From Candidatus Omnitrophota bacterium (GTDB taxonomy: Bacteria > Omnitrophota > Gorgyraeia > Gygaellales > Profunditerraquicolaceae): a stretch of DNA of 64,000 nucleotides. The notes under the pieces are model-generated. The model had not been told where the DNA came from. It was given only the letters and a program-made list of their open reading frames with translations, and searched no databases. The stretch covers positions 154,514 through 218,513 of the forward strand of contig JAQUQW010000002.1 in the NCBI GenBank assembly GCA_028716245.1, written 5' to 3'. Shown here in pieces: positions 29,774 to 39,219 of this stretch. Positions within the stretch are counted from its first letter, which is position 1, and each line of letters opens with the position of its first letter. A program made the position numbers and the translations under genes.

Positions 29774-29854
29774 ATGGGAAAGAGAAAACGCAGGGGAAAA
29801 CTTAACTGGCGTTCCAAGAAAGCTAATAAAGGCAGAAAACCTAATTTAGGTTAA
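29774..29854 (+). CDS. Small basic peptide, candidate ribosomal protein bTHX-like
   Basis: 26 aa, MGKRKRRGKLNWRSKKANKGRKPNLG. Similar pattern to Thermus Thx (GKGDRRTRRGKIWRG..GK.RP). Sits directly behind a leader element like rpsT. Too short for the ORF track. Confidence 0.35.
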   Translation: MGKRKRRGKLNWRSKKANKGRKPNLG

Positions 29855-29864
29855 ATTCCTGTAT

Positions 29865-30605
29865 ATGGTCTTATTCTGGATCTTAGCCAGCACGTCCTTA
29901 GTCAGCCTTATATCCTTAGTGGGGATTCTTACCCTGGCGCTAAAGGATAATTTGCTGCATAAGATTATTTTCTGCCTGATTGGTTTTTCCGCCGGAGCCC
30001 TCATCGGCAGCGCCTTTTTGCACATCCTTCCGGAAGCAATTCAAACATCAAGCAGCATATTTGTTTTTTACTGCCTCATTTTGGGGATAATTTTATTTTT
30101 CCTGATGGAAAGATACCTCCATTGGAGGCATTGCCATGATAAAGATTGCCATATCCACGCTTTTACCTACCTGAACCTTTTTGGAGAGGCGTTCCATAAT
30201 TTTATCGACGGTATTGCCATCGCCGCGAGTTTCATTATTTCGATTAAATTGGGGGTGGCAACCACCCTGGCCATTATTTTTCATGAGATCCCCAAGGAAT
30301 TGGGTAATTTCGGCGTGCTTATTTACGGAGGTTTTAGCCGCAAGCGGGCTTTGCTTTATAATTTTATCTCGGCGCTCATGGCAATATTAGGAGCGGTAAC
30401 GGGTTATTTTATTTCTGATTTTGCGCATGGTTTCTCCCATTTTATTATGCCTTTGACTGCGGGCGGTTTTATTTATATTGCCATGTCGGATCTTATTCCG
30501 GAGGTGCATAAGGAGAACAATCAAAGGCAGGCTACTTTGGCGTTCATCTCTTTTTTACTGGGTATCGTATTTATGGCAATTGCGAAAACTTTCCTGTCAG
30601 ACTAG
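29865..30605 (+). CDS. ZIP-family metal transporter (ZupT-like)
   Basis: HNFIDGIAIA and HEIPKELGNFGVL ZIP signature motifs, 8 TM. Confidence 0.8.
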   Translation: MVLFWILASTSLVSLISLVGILTLALKDNLLHKIIFCLIGFSAGALIGSAFLHILPEAIQTSSSIFVFYCLILGIILFFLMERYLHWRHCHDKDCHIHAFTYLNLFGEAFHNFIDGIAIAASFIISIKLGVATTLAIIFHEIPKELGNFGVLIYGGFSRKRALLYNFISALMAILGAVTGYFISDFAHGFSHFIMPLTAGGFIYIAMSDLIPEVHKENNQRQATLAFISFLLGIVFMAIAKTFLSD

Positions 30606-30627
30606 CTAAACTATTTTAAATATTACT

Positions 30628-31608
30628 GTGAAAATAAAAGCATTAGCTTTGGTTTCCGGAGGTTTGGACAGCCTCCTGGCGGCAAAGCTCATTCAGGACC
30701 AGGGTTTGGAGGTTATCGGGATACATTTTAAAATCCCTTTTTGCAAATTAAACATAAGAAAGGTTTTTCCCGATATTGGCATAGAAATAATCGAAGTTGA
30801 CTTAAGCCAAGAGTTTCTTAAGCTCATTGAAGAACCGCGTTATGGCTTTGGCGCGAACATGAACCCTTGTATCGATTGTAAGATCCTTATGTTCAGCAAA
30901 GCCAAAGAGCTGATGAGCGGGCTGGGAGCCAAATTCATCATTACCGGCGAAGTGCTTGGGCAGCGCCCGATGTCCCAGAATAAACAGGCCTTGAAGTTGA
31001 TTAAGCTGCAAAGCGGGCTTGATGATTTATTGCTGCGCCCGCTATCGGCGCAGTTTTTTCCGCCAAGCTTAGCGGAAAAAGAAGGTTGGGTCAAAAGAGA
31101 AAAGCTTCTTAATTTTAACGGCCGCCGGCGCAGCGCGCAGATGCAATTGGCTAAAAATTTGGGGTTTCTAAAATATTCAACACCTGCCGGAGGATGTTTA
31201 TTGACTGATCCTTGTTTTTGCCGAAGGCTGGGAGAACTTCTTGCGCATAAAGAATTGGACCTGGATAACCTGGCGCTTTTAAAGGTGGGCAGGCATTTTC
31301 GTATAGGGAATAATGCCCGGCTTGTTGTCGGCAGAGATGAAGATGAAAATAACCTGCTTATGCGCTTAGCCAAGCCGGGTGATTATTTATTCGGCCCGCA
31401 AAAGGATTTAGCCGGGCCTACTTCATTAGCCCGGGGCTTAATTACTCCGGATTTAACTTTTTTAGCTTCAGAGATAACTTCTGCTTATACTGATGCTGTT
31501 GATTTAAAAGAAATAGCGGTGCTTTATCGCCAGGTTCCTATAGCCAAAGATGATATACATAAGACAGTTTGTCTGCCCAAAAGCAGGTTTGCGCATTTAT
31601 TAATATGA
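30628..31608 (+). CDS. PP-loop ATPase, ThiI-like sulfurtransferase/adenylyltransferase domain protein without THUMP
   Basis: SGGLDS PP-loop. NPCIDCKILMF...FIITGEVLGQRPMSQ resembles the ThiI adenylation domain. Confidence 0.5.
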   Translation: MKIKALALVSGGLDSLLAAKLIQDQGLEVIGIHFKIPFCKLNIRKVFPDIGIEIIEVDLSQEFLKLIEEPRYGFGANMNPCIDCKILMFSKAKELMSGLGAKFIITGEVLGQRPMSQNKQALKLIKLQSGLDDLLLRPLSAQFFPPSLAEKEGWVKREKLLNFNGRRRSAQMQLAKNLGFLKYSTPAGGCLLTDPCFCRRLGELLAHKELDLDNLALLKVGRHFRIGNNARLVVGRDEDENNLLMRLAKPGDYLFGPQKDLAGPTSLARGLITPDLTFLASEITSAYTDAVDLKEIAVLYRQVPIAKDDIHKTVCLPKSRFAHLLI

Positions 31609-32678
31609 AAGAAGCTTTGCTTTATACCCGGTTAGACGGCCTAAGCGTGCATTGTCAGCTCTGCGCGCATAGCTGTAAAATCCCGGAAGGTAAATTTGGT
31701 TTTTGCGGAGTAAGGCAGAATATCGAGGGGATCCTTTATTCGCATAATTATGGCAAGCTGGTAGCGGTAAATGTAGATCCGGTTGAGAAAAAACCGCTGT
31801 ACCATTTTCTTCCCGGCACAACAACTTTTTCTATTGCCAGCGCCGGGTGTAATTTCCGTTGCGGCTTTTGCCAGAATTGGCAGATTTCCCAGCTTGGTCC
31901 CCGTTCGCTTACGCTTACAGGGACTGCGCTGGATAAAAGATTAAATGTGCTTGATTTTCTTAAGCAGTATCCGGGAGAAGATTTTAGCGCCGATAAGGTT
32001 GTAAAACTGGCTAAGCAGAATAATTGTAAAAGCATAGCTTATACTTATACCGAGCCAACGATTTATTTTGAGTTTGCTTTAGAGGCAGCGATATTGGCTA
32101 AAAAAGCGGGGCTGGCGAATATATTTGTTACTAATGGTTATATGAGCCTTCAGGCAATTTCTTTGCTCAAGCCTTATTTAGACGCCGCTAATGTGGATTT
32201 AAAGTTTTACAAGGAAAGCTCTTACCAGAAGATTTGCGCCGCAAAACTTGCGCCGGTTTTAGATTCTATCCGGCGCTTACATGCTGCCGGAGTCTGGGTT
32301 GAGATTACGACTTTGGTGATCCCCGGTGAAAATGATTCTCCGGAAGAATTATCCGGGATCGCGAAATTTATCGCTGGAATAAGTAAGGATATCCCCTGGC
32401 ATATTTCTGCTTTTCATGCGGATTATAAGTTTATTTCTTATCCCAACACCCCTGAACACGCCCTTAAACTGGCCTATGATTTGGGTAAAAACTGCGGGTT
32501 AGGTTATGTATATGCCGGAAATGTCTATGGTTGGGGCCAGGATACCTCTTGTGGTCGATGCCAAAGAGTCCTTATTAAGAGAGAAGGGTTTGATATAACC
32601 GCATCCCATCTTACAGGGAATAAATGCGTATTTTGCCAGGCAGCCTTGCCTGGAGTATTCTCGCCCGGGTTGGTTTAG
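31569..32678 (+). CDS. AmmeMemoRadiSam-type radical SAM enzyme (PFL-activase-like)
   Basis: N-terminal Cys cluster, VDPVEKKPLYHFLPG, CNFRCGFCQNW radical SAM motif, C-terminal CGRC...CVFC. Confidence 0.6.
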   Translation: MSAQKQVCAFINMKEALLYTRLDGLSVHCQLCAHSCKIPEGKFGFCGVRQNIEGILYSHNYGKLVAVNVDPVEKKPLYHFLPGTTTFSIASAGCNFRCGFCQNWQISQLGPRSLTLTGTALDKRLNVLDFLKQYPGEDFSADKVVKLAKQNNCKSIAYTYTEPTIYFEFALEAAILAKKAGLANIFVTNGYMSLQAISLLKPYLDAANVDLKFYKESSYQKICAAKLAPVLDSIRRLHAAGVWVEITTLVIPGENDSPEELSGIAKFIAGISKDIPWHISAFHADYKFISYPNTPEHALKLAYDLGKNCGLGYVYAGNVYGWGQDTSCGRCQRVLIKREGFDITASHLTGNKCVFCQAALPGVFSPGLV

Positions 32679-32755
32679 GCTCTAGATCCTTGGACTCGCT
32701 AGCGTTGGATCAAGGATTTCGCCAGATCAAACCTTAAAGGTGCTCAAGATTAGTA

Positions 32756-32784
32756 TTGACAGCTTTAAGCGCTAGGTTTAAAAT
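32756..32784 (+). promoter_or_regulatory. Sigma70-like promoter TTGACA-N17-TAAAAT
   Basis: Read from the sequence. A hairpin plus U-tract (32815-32843) lies in the leader. Confidence 0.45.
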
Positions 32785-32814
32785 AAGTTACAAAGTTAAG
32801 CTAACTTACAATTG

Positions 32815-32843
32815 CCCCTATAAAACAATAGGGGTATGTTTTT
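32815..32843 (+). terminator. Terminator-like hairpin with U-tract inside a 5-prime leader (attenuator candidate)
   Basis: CCCCTAT-aaaaca-ATAGGGG followed by TTTTT, 11 nt before the ATG at 32854. Confidence 0.4.
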
Positions 32844-32853
32844 ATAAATTCAT

Positions 32854-33528
32854 ATGGTAGATAAAAATAACCAACTTAACCCTAAAAAGTGTATTGTTTT
32901 TTTTGATTTTGATAATACCATCGCCACCTGTGATGTTTTTGATAACATGCTCTTACTTTTTTCCAAAGATGACCGCTGGGTGGAGCTGGAAAAAAGGTGG
33001 AAAAGCGGCAGGATCGGCTCAAAGACCTGCCTGGAGGGCCAGCTTCGGGGCATGGATTTAAGTAATAAGACGCTGGATGCCTATCTGCCTAAGATAAAAC
33101 TGGATCCTTATTTTAAGCAGGTTTATAAGTTTTTGCAGGCTAAAAAAATTAAAGCCTTTATTTTAAGCGATAACTACGACTACATAATCAACCGGGTTTT
33201 AAAGATCAACCGGATAAACAAGCTTAAAGTTTACGCTAATAAATTGCGTTTCTCTAAGGGTAAAGTAATCACGGATTATCCCTTTAAGAATAAAGATTGC
33301 CAGATCTGCGCGCATTGTAAGACAAAAAACCTTCTGGCAAAAGCACCCAAAGATTCCACAATAATTTATGTCGGCGACGGTGAATCCGATGCCTGCCCGG
33401 CAAAATACGCACAGGTTGTCTTTGCCAAGGACCATCTGCTCAGGCATCTTAAAGAAAGTAAACTAGATCACCTGGCTTTTAATAACCTAAGAGACGTGCT
33501 TATTTATTTAAAAAGGAAGCTAATATGA
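32854..33528 (+). CDS. HAD-IB-like phosphatase (MtnX/PSP-like)
   Basis: FFDFDNTIATCD motif I, YVGDGESDACPA motif III. Confidence 0.6.
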   Translation: MVDKNNQLNPKKCIVFFDFDNTIATCDVFDNMLLLFSKDDRWVELEKRWKSGRIGSKTCLEGQLRGMDLSNKTLDAYLPKIKLDPYFKQVYKFLQAKKIKAFILSDNYDYIINRVLKINRINKLKVYANKLRFSKGKVITDYPFKNKDCQICAHCKTKNLLAKAPKDSTIIYVGDGESDACPAKYAQVVFAKDHLLRHLKESKLDHLAFNNLRDVLIYLKRKLI

Positions 33529-34940
33529 GCCCAAAACAATTGACCAAAACAGCTAAAAATAAGAAAACTTTTACCCATGACGAGCTCCTGGATCTTGAGG
33601 CAAAATACTGTTCATGGGGGGATACGGTGCATTATGCCGAAAAGCTCGATATATTTAAGAGCGCCCAAGGCAGCTATCTTTATGACCGCCAGGGCACAGA
33701 GTATTTAGACTTACAGATGTGGTATTCGGCGGTTAATTTCGGCTATAGAAATCCGCGCCTGAATGAAGCTTTAAAAAAACAGATTGATACCTTACCGCAA
33801 TTGGCCTGTCAGTATCTGCACGAAGAGAAGATCCTGTTGGCTGCGAAATTAGCGCAGAAGAACCAGCGCACCTTTGAAGAAAAAGGGAGGATCCATTTTA
33901 ATGTCGGAGGTTCAAGCGCCTTGGAAGATTCGTTGAAACTGGTGCGCAATCATACCGGCAGGAGCCTGGTTTTCGCTTTTATGGGCGGTTATCACGGCCG
34001 GACATTAGCGGCTTCGGCGATTACCTCAAGCTTTAGGTACCGGGAGCGTTTTGGCCATTTCGGCGACCGGGCGATGTTCGTGCCTTATCCTTATTGTTTC
34101 CGGTGCCCGTATGATAAAAAAAGGGATTTTTGCGATTTATATTGCCTCAAGCAATTTGAGAGGCTTTTTGAAACCGAGTATTATTCGGTCGTAAACAAGA
34201 AGAATAACAAATGTGAATTTGCCGCTTTTTACGCCGAACCAATCCAGGGCACCGGTGGTTATATTGTCCCGCCCCAGGAATATTATGCGGGATTAAAAAA
34301 CATCCTGGACCGTTACGGGATCCTTTTTGTCGACGATGAGATCCAGATGGGTTTTTTCCGCACGGGCAAGTTCTGGGCGATCGAGCATTTTAATATTACT
34401 CCGGATATAATTGTTTTTGGCAAGGCGCTGACCAACGGATTAAATCCGATCAGCGGAGTCTGGGCCAAAGAGGAGCTTATTTCACCGGATGTTTTCCCCC
34501 CGGGTTCAACCCATGCCACATTTTCGTCCAATCCTCTGGGCACAGCCGCGGGCTTAGAAGTGATGAAATTGATCGAGGAATCCGATTTTTCTACCTCGGT
34601 TCCCAAAAAAGGCCGCTATTTTATCGCCCAATTAAAGAAGTTGCAGAAAAAATATCCGCAGATCGGCGATGTGGATGGGATCGGCCTGGCTTTGAGGGTA
34701 GAGATATGCGAGAAGGACGGCTATACCCCGAATAAGGAGCTGACCGACAAGATCGTAAATCTGGGATTAAGCGGATCCTTGAATGTCAGGGGAAAACGCC
34801 GGGGGCTGATTCTGGATGTCGGGGGCTATTATAAAAATGTCTTTACCATTGCCCCGTCATTTTATATTACCGAAGAAGAGATCGACCTGGGTGTGGAGCT
34901 TTTTGAAGAGGCGTTAAACAGGGCGCTTAAGAAATCATAA
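33525..34940 (+). CDS. Class-III PLP-dependent aminotransferase
   Basis: VDDEIQMGFFRTGKFWA and FGKALTNG (PLP lysine), typical of the AT-III fold. Confidence 0.8.
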   Translation: MSPKQLTKTAKNKKTFTHDELLDLEAKYCSWGDTVHYAEKLDIFKSAQGSYLYDRQGTEYLDLQMWYSAVNFGYRNPRLNEALKKQIDTLPQLACQYLHEEKILLAAKLAQKNQRTFEEKGRIHFNVGGSSALEDSLKLVRNHTGRSLVFAFMGGYHGRTLAASAITSSFRYRERFGHFGDRAMFVPYPYCFRCPYDKKRDFCDLYCLKQFERLFETEYYSVVNKKNNKCEFAAFYAEPIQGTGGYIVPPQEYYAGLKNILDRYGILFVDDEIQMGFFRTGKFWAIEHFNITPDIIVFGKALTNGLNPISGVWAKEELISPDVFPPGSTHATFSSNPLGTAAGLEVMKLIEESDFSTSVPKKGRYFIAQLKKLQKKYPQIGDVDGIGLALRVEICEKDGYTPNKELTDKIVNLGLSGSLNVRGKRRGLILDVGGYYKNVFTIAPSFYITEEEIDLGVELFEEALNRALKKS

Positions 34941-34949
34941 GAATTTACT

Positions 34950-35879
34950 ATGCTGGATAAACGCATCCGCGTTTTGAATTTCGATAACAGCGTTATTACC
35001 CAGCTCAAACTCCTTAGCCGCTATCCGGCAGAAATTATTGATTTTACTAGTTTCTCTTCTTCAGCCAGGCTTTATTTCTCAAGAGGCCTGCGCCAAAAAA
35101 TCCTGGATCTTTTTTCCCCGCGAGAGAAAAAATACCCCACCTTTCTGGGTTCGGGTGATTTTCACCATATCAGCGAAATATTAATCAGCCAAATCGATGA
35201 ACCCGCCTGTTTAATCGTGTTTGATTTCCATCCGGACTGGGATATTTTTCCGCCGCGTTTTGCCTGCGGCTCATGGGTAAGTGCGGCGCTAAAAAACAAA
35301 AATATTTCTAAATGCATACTTATCGGCGCTTGTTCCGCTGATTTATCCAGTCCCGCGTTACAGACAGCCAACCTTGGCGGCCTGGCTGGGAATCGCCTGG
35401 AGATTTATCCTTACCGGCACGAACCGAGCAGGGTTTATTTCAGGCGCGTTGCGCCAAACCGCTCAATCACCGTTCAAAAAGGTATTTTCTCGAATAAAAT
35501 CATCTGGCACCAATTGGAGCAGGAAGATTTAGCCGTCTTTACTCTGGAATTGATCAAGCGCCTGCCGGCGCGGAAGGTTTATATCTCAGTCGACAAGGAC
35601 TGCCTAAAAAAGGATTTTGCCTTGACCAACTGGGAAGAGGGTTTTTTGCGTTTAGACCAACTCTTGACCATGCTTAAGCTTATGCGGGAGAATTTGGATC
35701 TAATCGGTTTAGATGTGGCCGGCGACTATTCTGTTCCGGTGATTTTAAACAAAGTAAAGGCGATTATTTCAAAACTGGATCACCCCAGAGAAGTTGCTGC
35801 CAAAAATTACCCAGCTGATTTGATCTCTTCGCTGAATGAACAAACCAACCTGGCCATCCTTGCTGAGGTATTTTCTTAA
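34950..35879 (+). CDS. Ureohydrolase (arginase/agmatinase) superfamily protein, divergent
   Basis: GSGDFHHIS, VFDFHPDWD, SVDKDCL and GLDVAGDYS parallel the GGDHS / DAHxD / SxDxDxxDP / GxDxVE motifs. Confidence 0.4.
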   Translation: MLDKRIRVLNFDNSVITQLKLLSRYPAEIIDFTSFSSSARLYFSRGLRQKILDLFSPREKKYPTFLGSGDFHHISEILISQIDEPACLIVFDFHPDWDIFPPRFACGSWVSAALKNKNISKCILIGACSADLSSPALQTANLGGLAGNRLEIYPYRHEPSRVYFRRVAPNRSITVQKGIFSNKIIWHQLEQEDLAVFTLELIKRLPARKVYISVDKDCLKKDFALTNWEEGFLRLDQLLTMLKLMRENLDLIGLDVAGDYSVPVILNKVKAIISKLDHPREVAAKNYPADLISSLNEQTNLAILAEVFS

Positions 35880-36748
35880 GCTTTGTGTTTTTCAAAAAAA
35901 ACCGCTGTTTGTTCGGCGACCTTGTCTCTTTCCTGATCCGCGGTGATAATGTGGTAAGAATTTTCCAGAAAGAATATTTCTTTTTCCCGGGAGCTTACGT
36001 GGTCACGGATGTAGTAAGAGTTTTTGGGGCTGGTCACATCATCATCCCTGGCCTGCATCAGCTGGATCGGAGTTGTTATGTTTTTAAGTATTGATATTAC
36101 TTCTTTTGAAAGCAGGTAATTTTGATACATGCAGGCAATTGGGATTACCGGATAACCGTAAAGGTGGACCTTGCTGTAATCAAAGAGTTTAGCTCCTTTA
36201 TAGAAACTTTCTATTTTTTTCCTCAAGCGTTCATTTTTTATCCCGTAAGGGTATTCTTCTTTGAAATAAAACCAATATTTAAACGGGGTTCTATAAACCA
36301 AGGGCAGAAAAATTCTGGATTTAGGTTTGCTACCCTTGCTCCATCCGTCAAAGAATAGGGTGGGAGAGAAACAGTTTAGCGCTTTTACTTTTTTAGGAAA
36401 TTCATGCGCAAGCATGATCCCGATTAACGCGCCGAAGGATAGCCCGGCGACAAAGATATTTTCATAATCATCGGCGTATTTAATAAATTCATTGCGCACA
36501 GAGCCATAAAGCTCCTGCCAGGAGGTCCGCTTAAGGCAGGAGATCGATTTATCGTGATTGGCCATCAGCGGGGCGGCTACGGAAAATCCCTTTTTATTTA
36601 GATGCTGGGCAATTGATCCCATTTCTTTGGCTGTGCCGGTAAGCCCATGAATCAGGAAACAAAGATTCTTATCTCCCGGAAGAAAAAAACTGCTATCGGG
36701 TATATTTGTAATTAAACGCCGGTCTTCTTTTAGTGAAAAAATTACCAT
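35876..36748 (-). CDS. Alpha/beta hydrolase (esterase/lipase)
   Basis: GLSFGALIG nucleophile elbow, HGLTGT oxyanion region. Confidence 0.65.
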   Translation of the reverse strand: MVIFSLKEDRRLITNIPDSSFFLPGDKNLCFLIHGLTGTAKEMGSIAQHLNKKGFSVAAPLMANHDKSISCLKRTSWQELYGSVRNEFIKYADDYENIFVAGLSFGALIGIMLAHEFPKKVKALNCFSPTLFFDGWSKGSKPKSRIFLPLVYRTPFKYWFYFKEEYPYGIKNERLRKKIESFYKGAKLFDYSKVHLYGYPVIPIACMYQNYLLSKEVISILKNITTPIQLMQARDDDVTSPKNSYYIRDHVSSREKEIFFLENSYHIITADQERDKVAEQTAVFFEKHKA

Positions 36749-36758
36749 ATTTCCTTTC

Positions 36759-37979
36759 TTAATTTTTTTTAACTTTCTTGATTATATTTTTCAGGTCAGT
36801 TTCTTTCAAAAAGCTGCTTGTGCTTAAGGTCATTGTTTTCTCTGCCAGGATGCGGCTATTTGGGCAATCCGCAGCCGGGATGATATCTTTTAGATAGGCA
36901 TAATCTGTGATTGCGTACAAATATACCTGGGATATTCCCAGCCCGGAATTCCTGAAAGTATGCAGGGCCAGGTCTCTTTTTTGCCGGTTATTAAAAATAA
37001 GGGCCAGGTATGGATAGCTTGCTTTTGTTTGCGGCAGTTCAATAATAGGCTTAACCCCCGGAAGATCAACCAACCCTTTTAAATAAATTTCTACTTTTTC
37101 CCGCTGCGCGTTAATTTTTTCGTTTAAGTGAGGAAAATTAAGATGTCCGATATATTCCCTGAAAGCAGAAACCCTATGCACGGGAAAATCAAGATTAAAA
37201 TATTCGCCCATTGCCCTTATGGGATCATTGCGTATCTGCCAGAATATCTGCGGAAGCCTGAAGGCAAACCAGAATAAGCTCGGCCGGTAAAAAATACTGT
37301 AAGCAAAGAGTTCGGCGACTTTTAAGCATTCAGACGGCATATCCTTTTTCATAATCTCTCCGGAGGTTTCTTTTAAAATCCGCGCGTATTCCGGCCGGTT
37401 GGCTGCGGCTACGCCGCCTTCATAAATACTCAGCCCTTTTCCCCGGCAGAGGCTAAAGAACGAAAAATCTCCTAAAGAGCCGGTTTTTTTACCATGATAT
37501 TGCGCGCCCAAACTCTGCGCGCAGTCTTCGATAATAAAAGAATTTTTGGCTTGGGCGATTTTTTTTAATGCGTCAAAATCTATCGGCAGGCCTCCCAGAT
37601 GCACGGCTAATATCGCCAAAACATCGTTGTTCTCCTCGCAGATACTCTTAAGTTTATCTATATCAAAATCGAAATTAAACGCATTTGTATCGCAGGCCTT
37701 TATCTTAAGGCTGGCCCTTTTAATTGCTAAGGGTATTAACGGGCAAATAAAAGCCGGAATAATTACAGTTTTTTTACCGGAAAGTTTTTTTAAACTTTCC
37801 AGGATTAAGTAAAACGCGGCGGTCCCTGAATAGGTAAGCAGGGCCCTTGGTGCTCCAAGGTAGCTTTTAAAGTCTTCTTCCAACAATCCTTTGGGGTGTT
37901 TTTTAAAAGAGGAGAAGATTAAGCTTTTGATTGTAAGCGGCCAACCGGCGGTTGGCGGTATTTCGCGTATGAGGCTCAA
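36759..37979 (-). CDS. DegT/DnrJ/EryC1/StrS-family sugar aminotransferase (ArnB-like)
   Basis: IEDCAQSLGAQYHGKKTGSLGDFSFFS...K matches the DegT PLP-fold signature. Confidence 0.7.
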   Translation of the reverse strand: MSLIREIPPTAGWPLTIKSLIFSSFKKHPKGLLEEDFKSYLGAPRALLTYSGTAAFYLILESLKKLSGKKTVIIPAFICPLIPLAIKRASLKIKACDTNAFNFDFDIDKLKSICEENNDVLAILAVHLGGLPIDFDALKKIAQAKNSFIIEDCAQSLGAQYHGKKTGSLGDFSFFSLCRGKGLSIYEGGVAAANRPEYARILKETSGEIMKKDMPSECLKVAELFAYSIFYRPSLFWFAFRLPQIFWQIRNDPIRAMGEYFNLDFPVHRVSAFREYIGHLNFPHLNEKINAQREKVEIYLKGLVDLPGVKPIIELPQTKASYPYLALIFNNRQKRDLALHTFRNSGLGISQVYLYAITDYAYLKDIIPAADCPNSRILAEKTMTLSTSSFLKETDLKNIIKKVKKN

Positions 37980-38092
37980 ATTTTAATTCCTTTTCTATTA
38001 TCCAATTTATCTATTTTATGTTAAAATAAGCAAGAATTCAAGTTAACTCTACGGCTTCGCCCAAAGGAAGGCAAACCATAGCTCGCTAGCTT

Positions 38093-39214
38093 ATGCCTAA
38101 AATTAGCTGCAAGGTATTTGATAATATAAACAAGATCGAAGAAAAAGACTGGGATGCTGTTTTCGGAGATATCCCGGAGAGCTATCCTTTTTATAGGGCG
38201 CTGGCTAATTCTGAACTTCCTGATTTTACGTTTTATTATTTGGTTATTTATCGCGATACTGAAATTGTGTTCATCACTCCGTTATTTGCTACTGATTTTA
38301 ACGGGGATATCGCCGCAGAAGGCTGGATTTCCAGAGTTATTAAATTTATTCGCAGAGTATTTCCGCGTTTTCTAACTTTCAATACACTTTTCTGCGGTAC
38401 GCCTTTTGGAGAGTACGGGGTTTTAGGGATCAAGCAGGATTTTCAGGATGATCCCAGGCTCATCCCGTTGTTATTGGAAGGCATAAATAATCTAGCCGTA
38501 AAAATCAATGCTCCGCTGGTAATCTTTAAGGATTTTTTAAAAGAGAGCACGCTGTTTTTAGACGCCTTAACGCAACAAGGCTATTCTAAAGTGAAAAGTT
38601 TTCCCACGGTGCTTTTGGATCTTAATTTTGCTTCTTTTGAAGATTATCTTAAAAGCTTAGGCAGCTCTACCCGCAAGAGCTTAAAGAAGAAACTAAAAGA
38701 AGCATACGGCCGGGGCAAGATAGAGGTTAAGGCAGTCCAGGAGATCCAGGGCCAGATCGACCAAATAGTTAAGCTTTATGAAAATACTTATCGTGAAGGC
38801 CTGACCAAGTTTGAACGCCTGACCCCGAAATTCTTTTTACAGGTTACTCATGATCTGCATCCGCATACCCGTTTTTTCCTCTACTATGTGAATGGTAAAT
38901 TAGCCGCCTTTAATCTTTGTTTTGTCTACCCGGATTTACTTATTGATAAATTTATCGGTTTCGATTATGATATATCCAATCACTACAATTTATATTTTGT
39001 CAGTTGGGCCTATAACATCAAATGGTGCATAGATAATTCCCTGCGCTATTATCATCCGGGACAGACTGATTACCAGCCAAAGATCAGGTTGGGCGGCAGG
39101 ATTATTCCGCTTTACGCTTACTTAAAACATAAAAACGCATTTTTTAATCTATTTGTCAAATTACTCATTCTTCTTTTAAAGCCGGAGAATTTTGATGAGG
39201 ATATCAGAAAGTAA
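38093..39214 (+). CDS. FemAB/BioF2-like GNAT acyltransferase (Acetyltransf_6-type)
   Basis: 373 aa. Tandem GNAT-like halves as in FemAB/CelD-like proteins. Family call is from pattern recognition. Confidence 0.4.
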   Translation: MPKISCKVFDNINKIEEKDWDAVFGDIPESYPFYRALANSELPDFTFYYLVIYRDTEIVFITPLFATDFNGDIAAEGWISRVIKFIRRVFPRFLTFNTLFCGTPFGEYGVLGIKQDFQDDPRLIPLLLEGINNLAVKINAPLVIFKDFLKESTLFLDALTQQGYSKVKSFPTVLLDLNFASFEDYLKSLGSSTRKSLKKKLKEAYGRGKIEVKAVQEIQGQIDQIVKLYENTYREGLTKFERLTPKFFLQVTHDLHPHTRFFLYYVNGKLAAFNLCFVYPDLLIDKFIGFDYDISNHYNLYFVSWAYNIKWCIDNSLRYYHPGQTDYQPKIRLGGRIIPLYAYLKHKNAFFNLFVKLLILLLKPENFDEDIRK

Positions 39215-39219
39215 AAGCG

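Noticed and set aside
32686-32717. ATCCTTG...CAAGGAT inverted repeat after the radical SAM gene as a firm terminator
   Set aside because: The stem is only 7 bp with an 18-nt loop and a weak TTT tail. It may terminate transcription but the support is too marginal to list as a feature.
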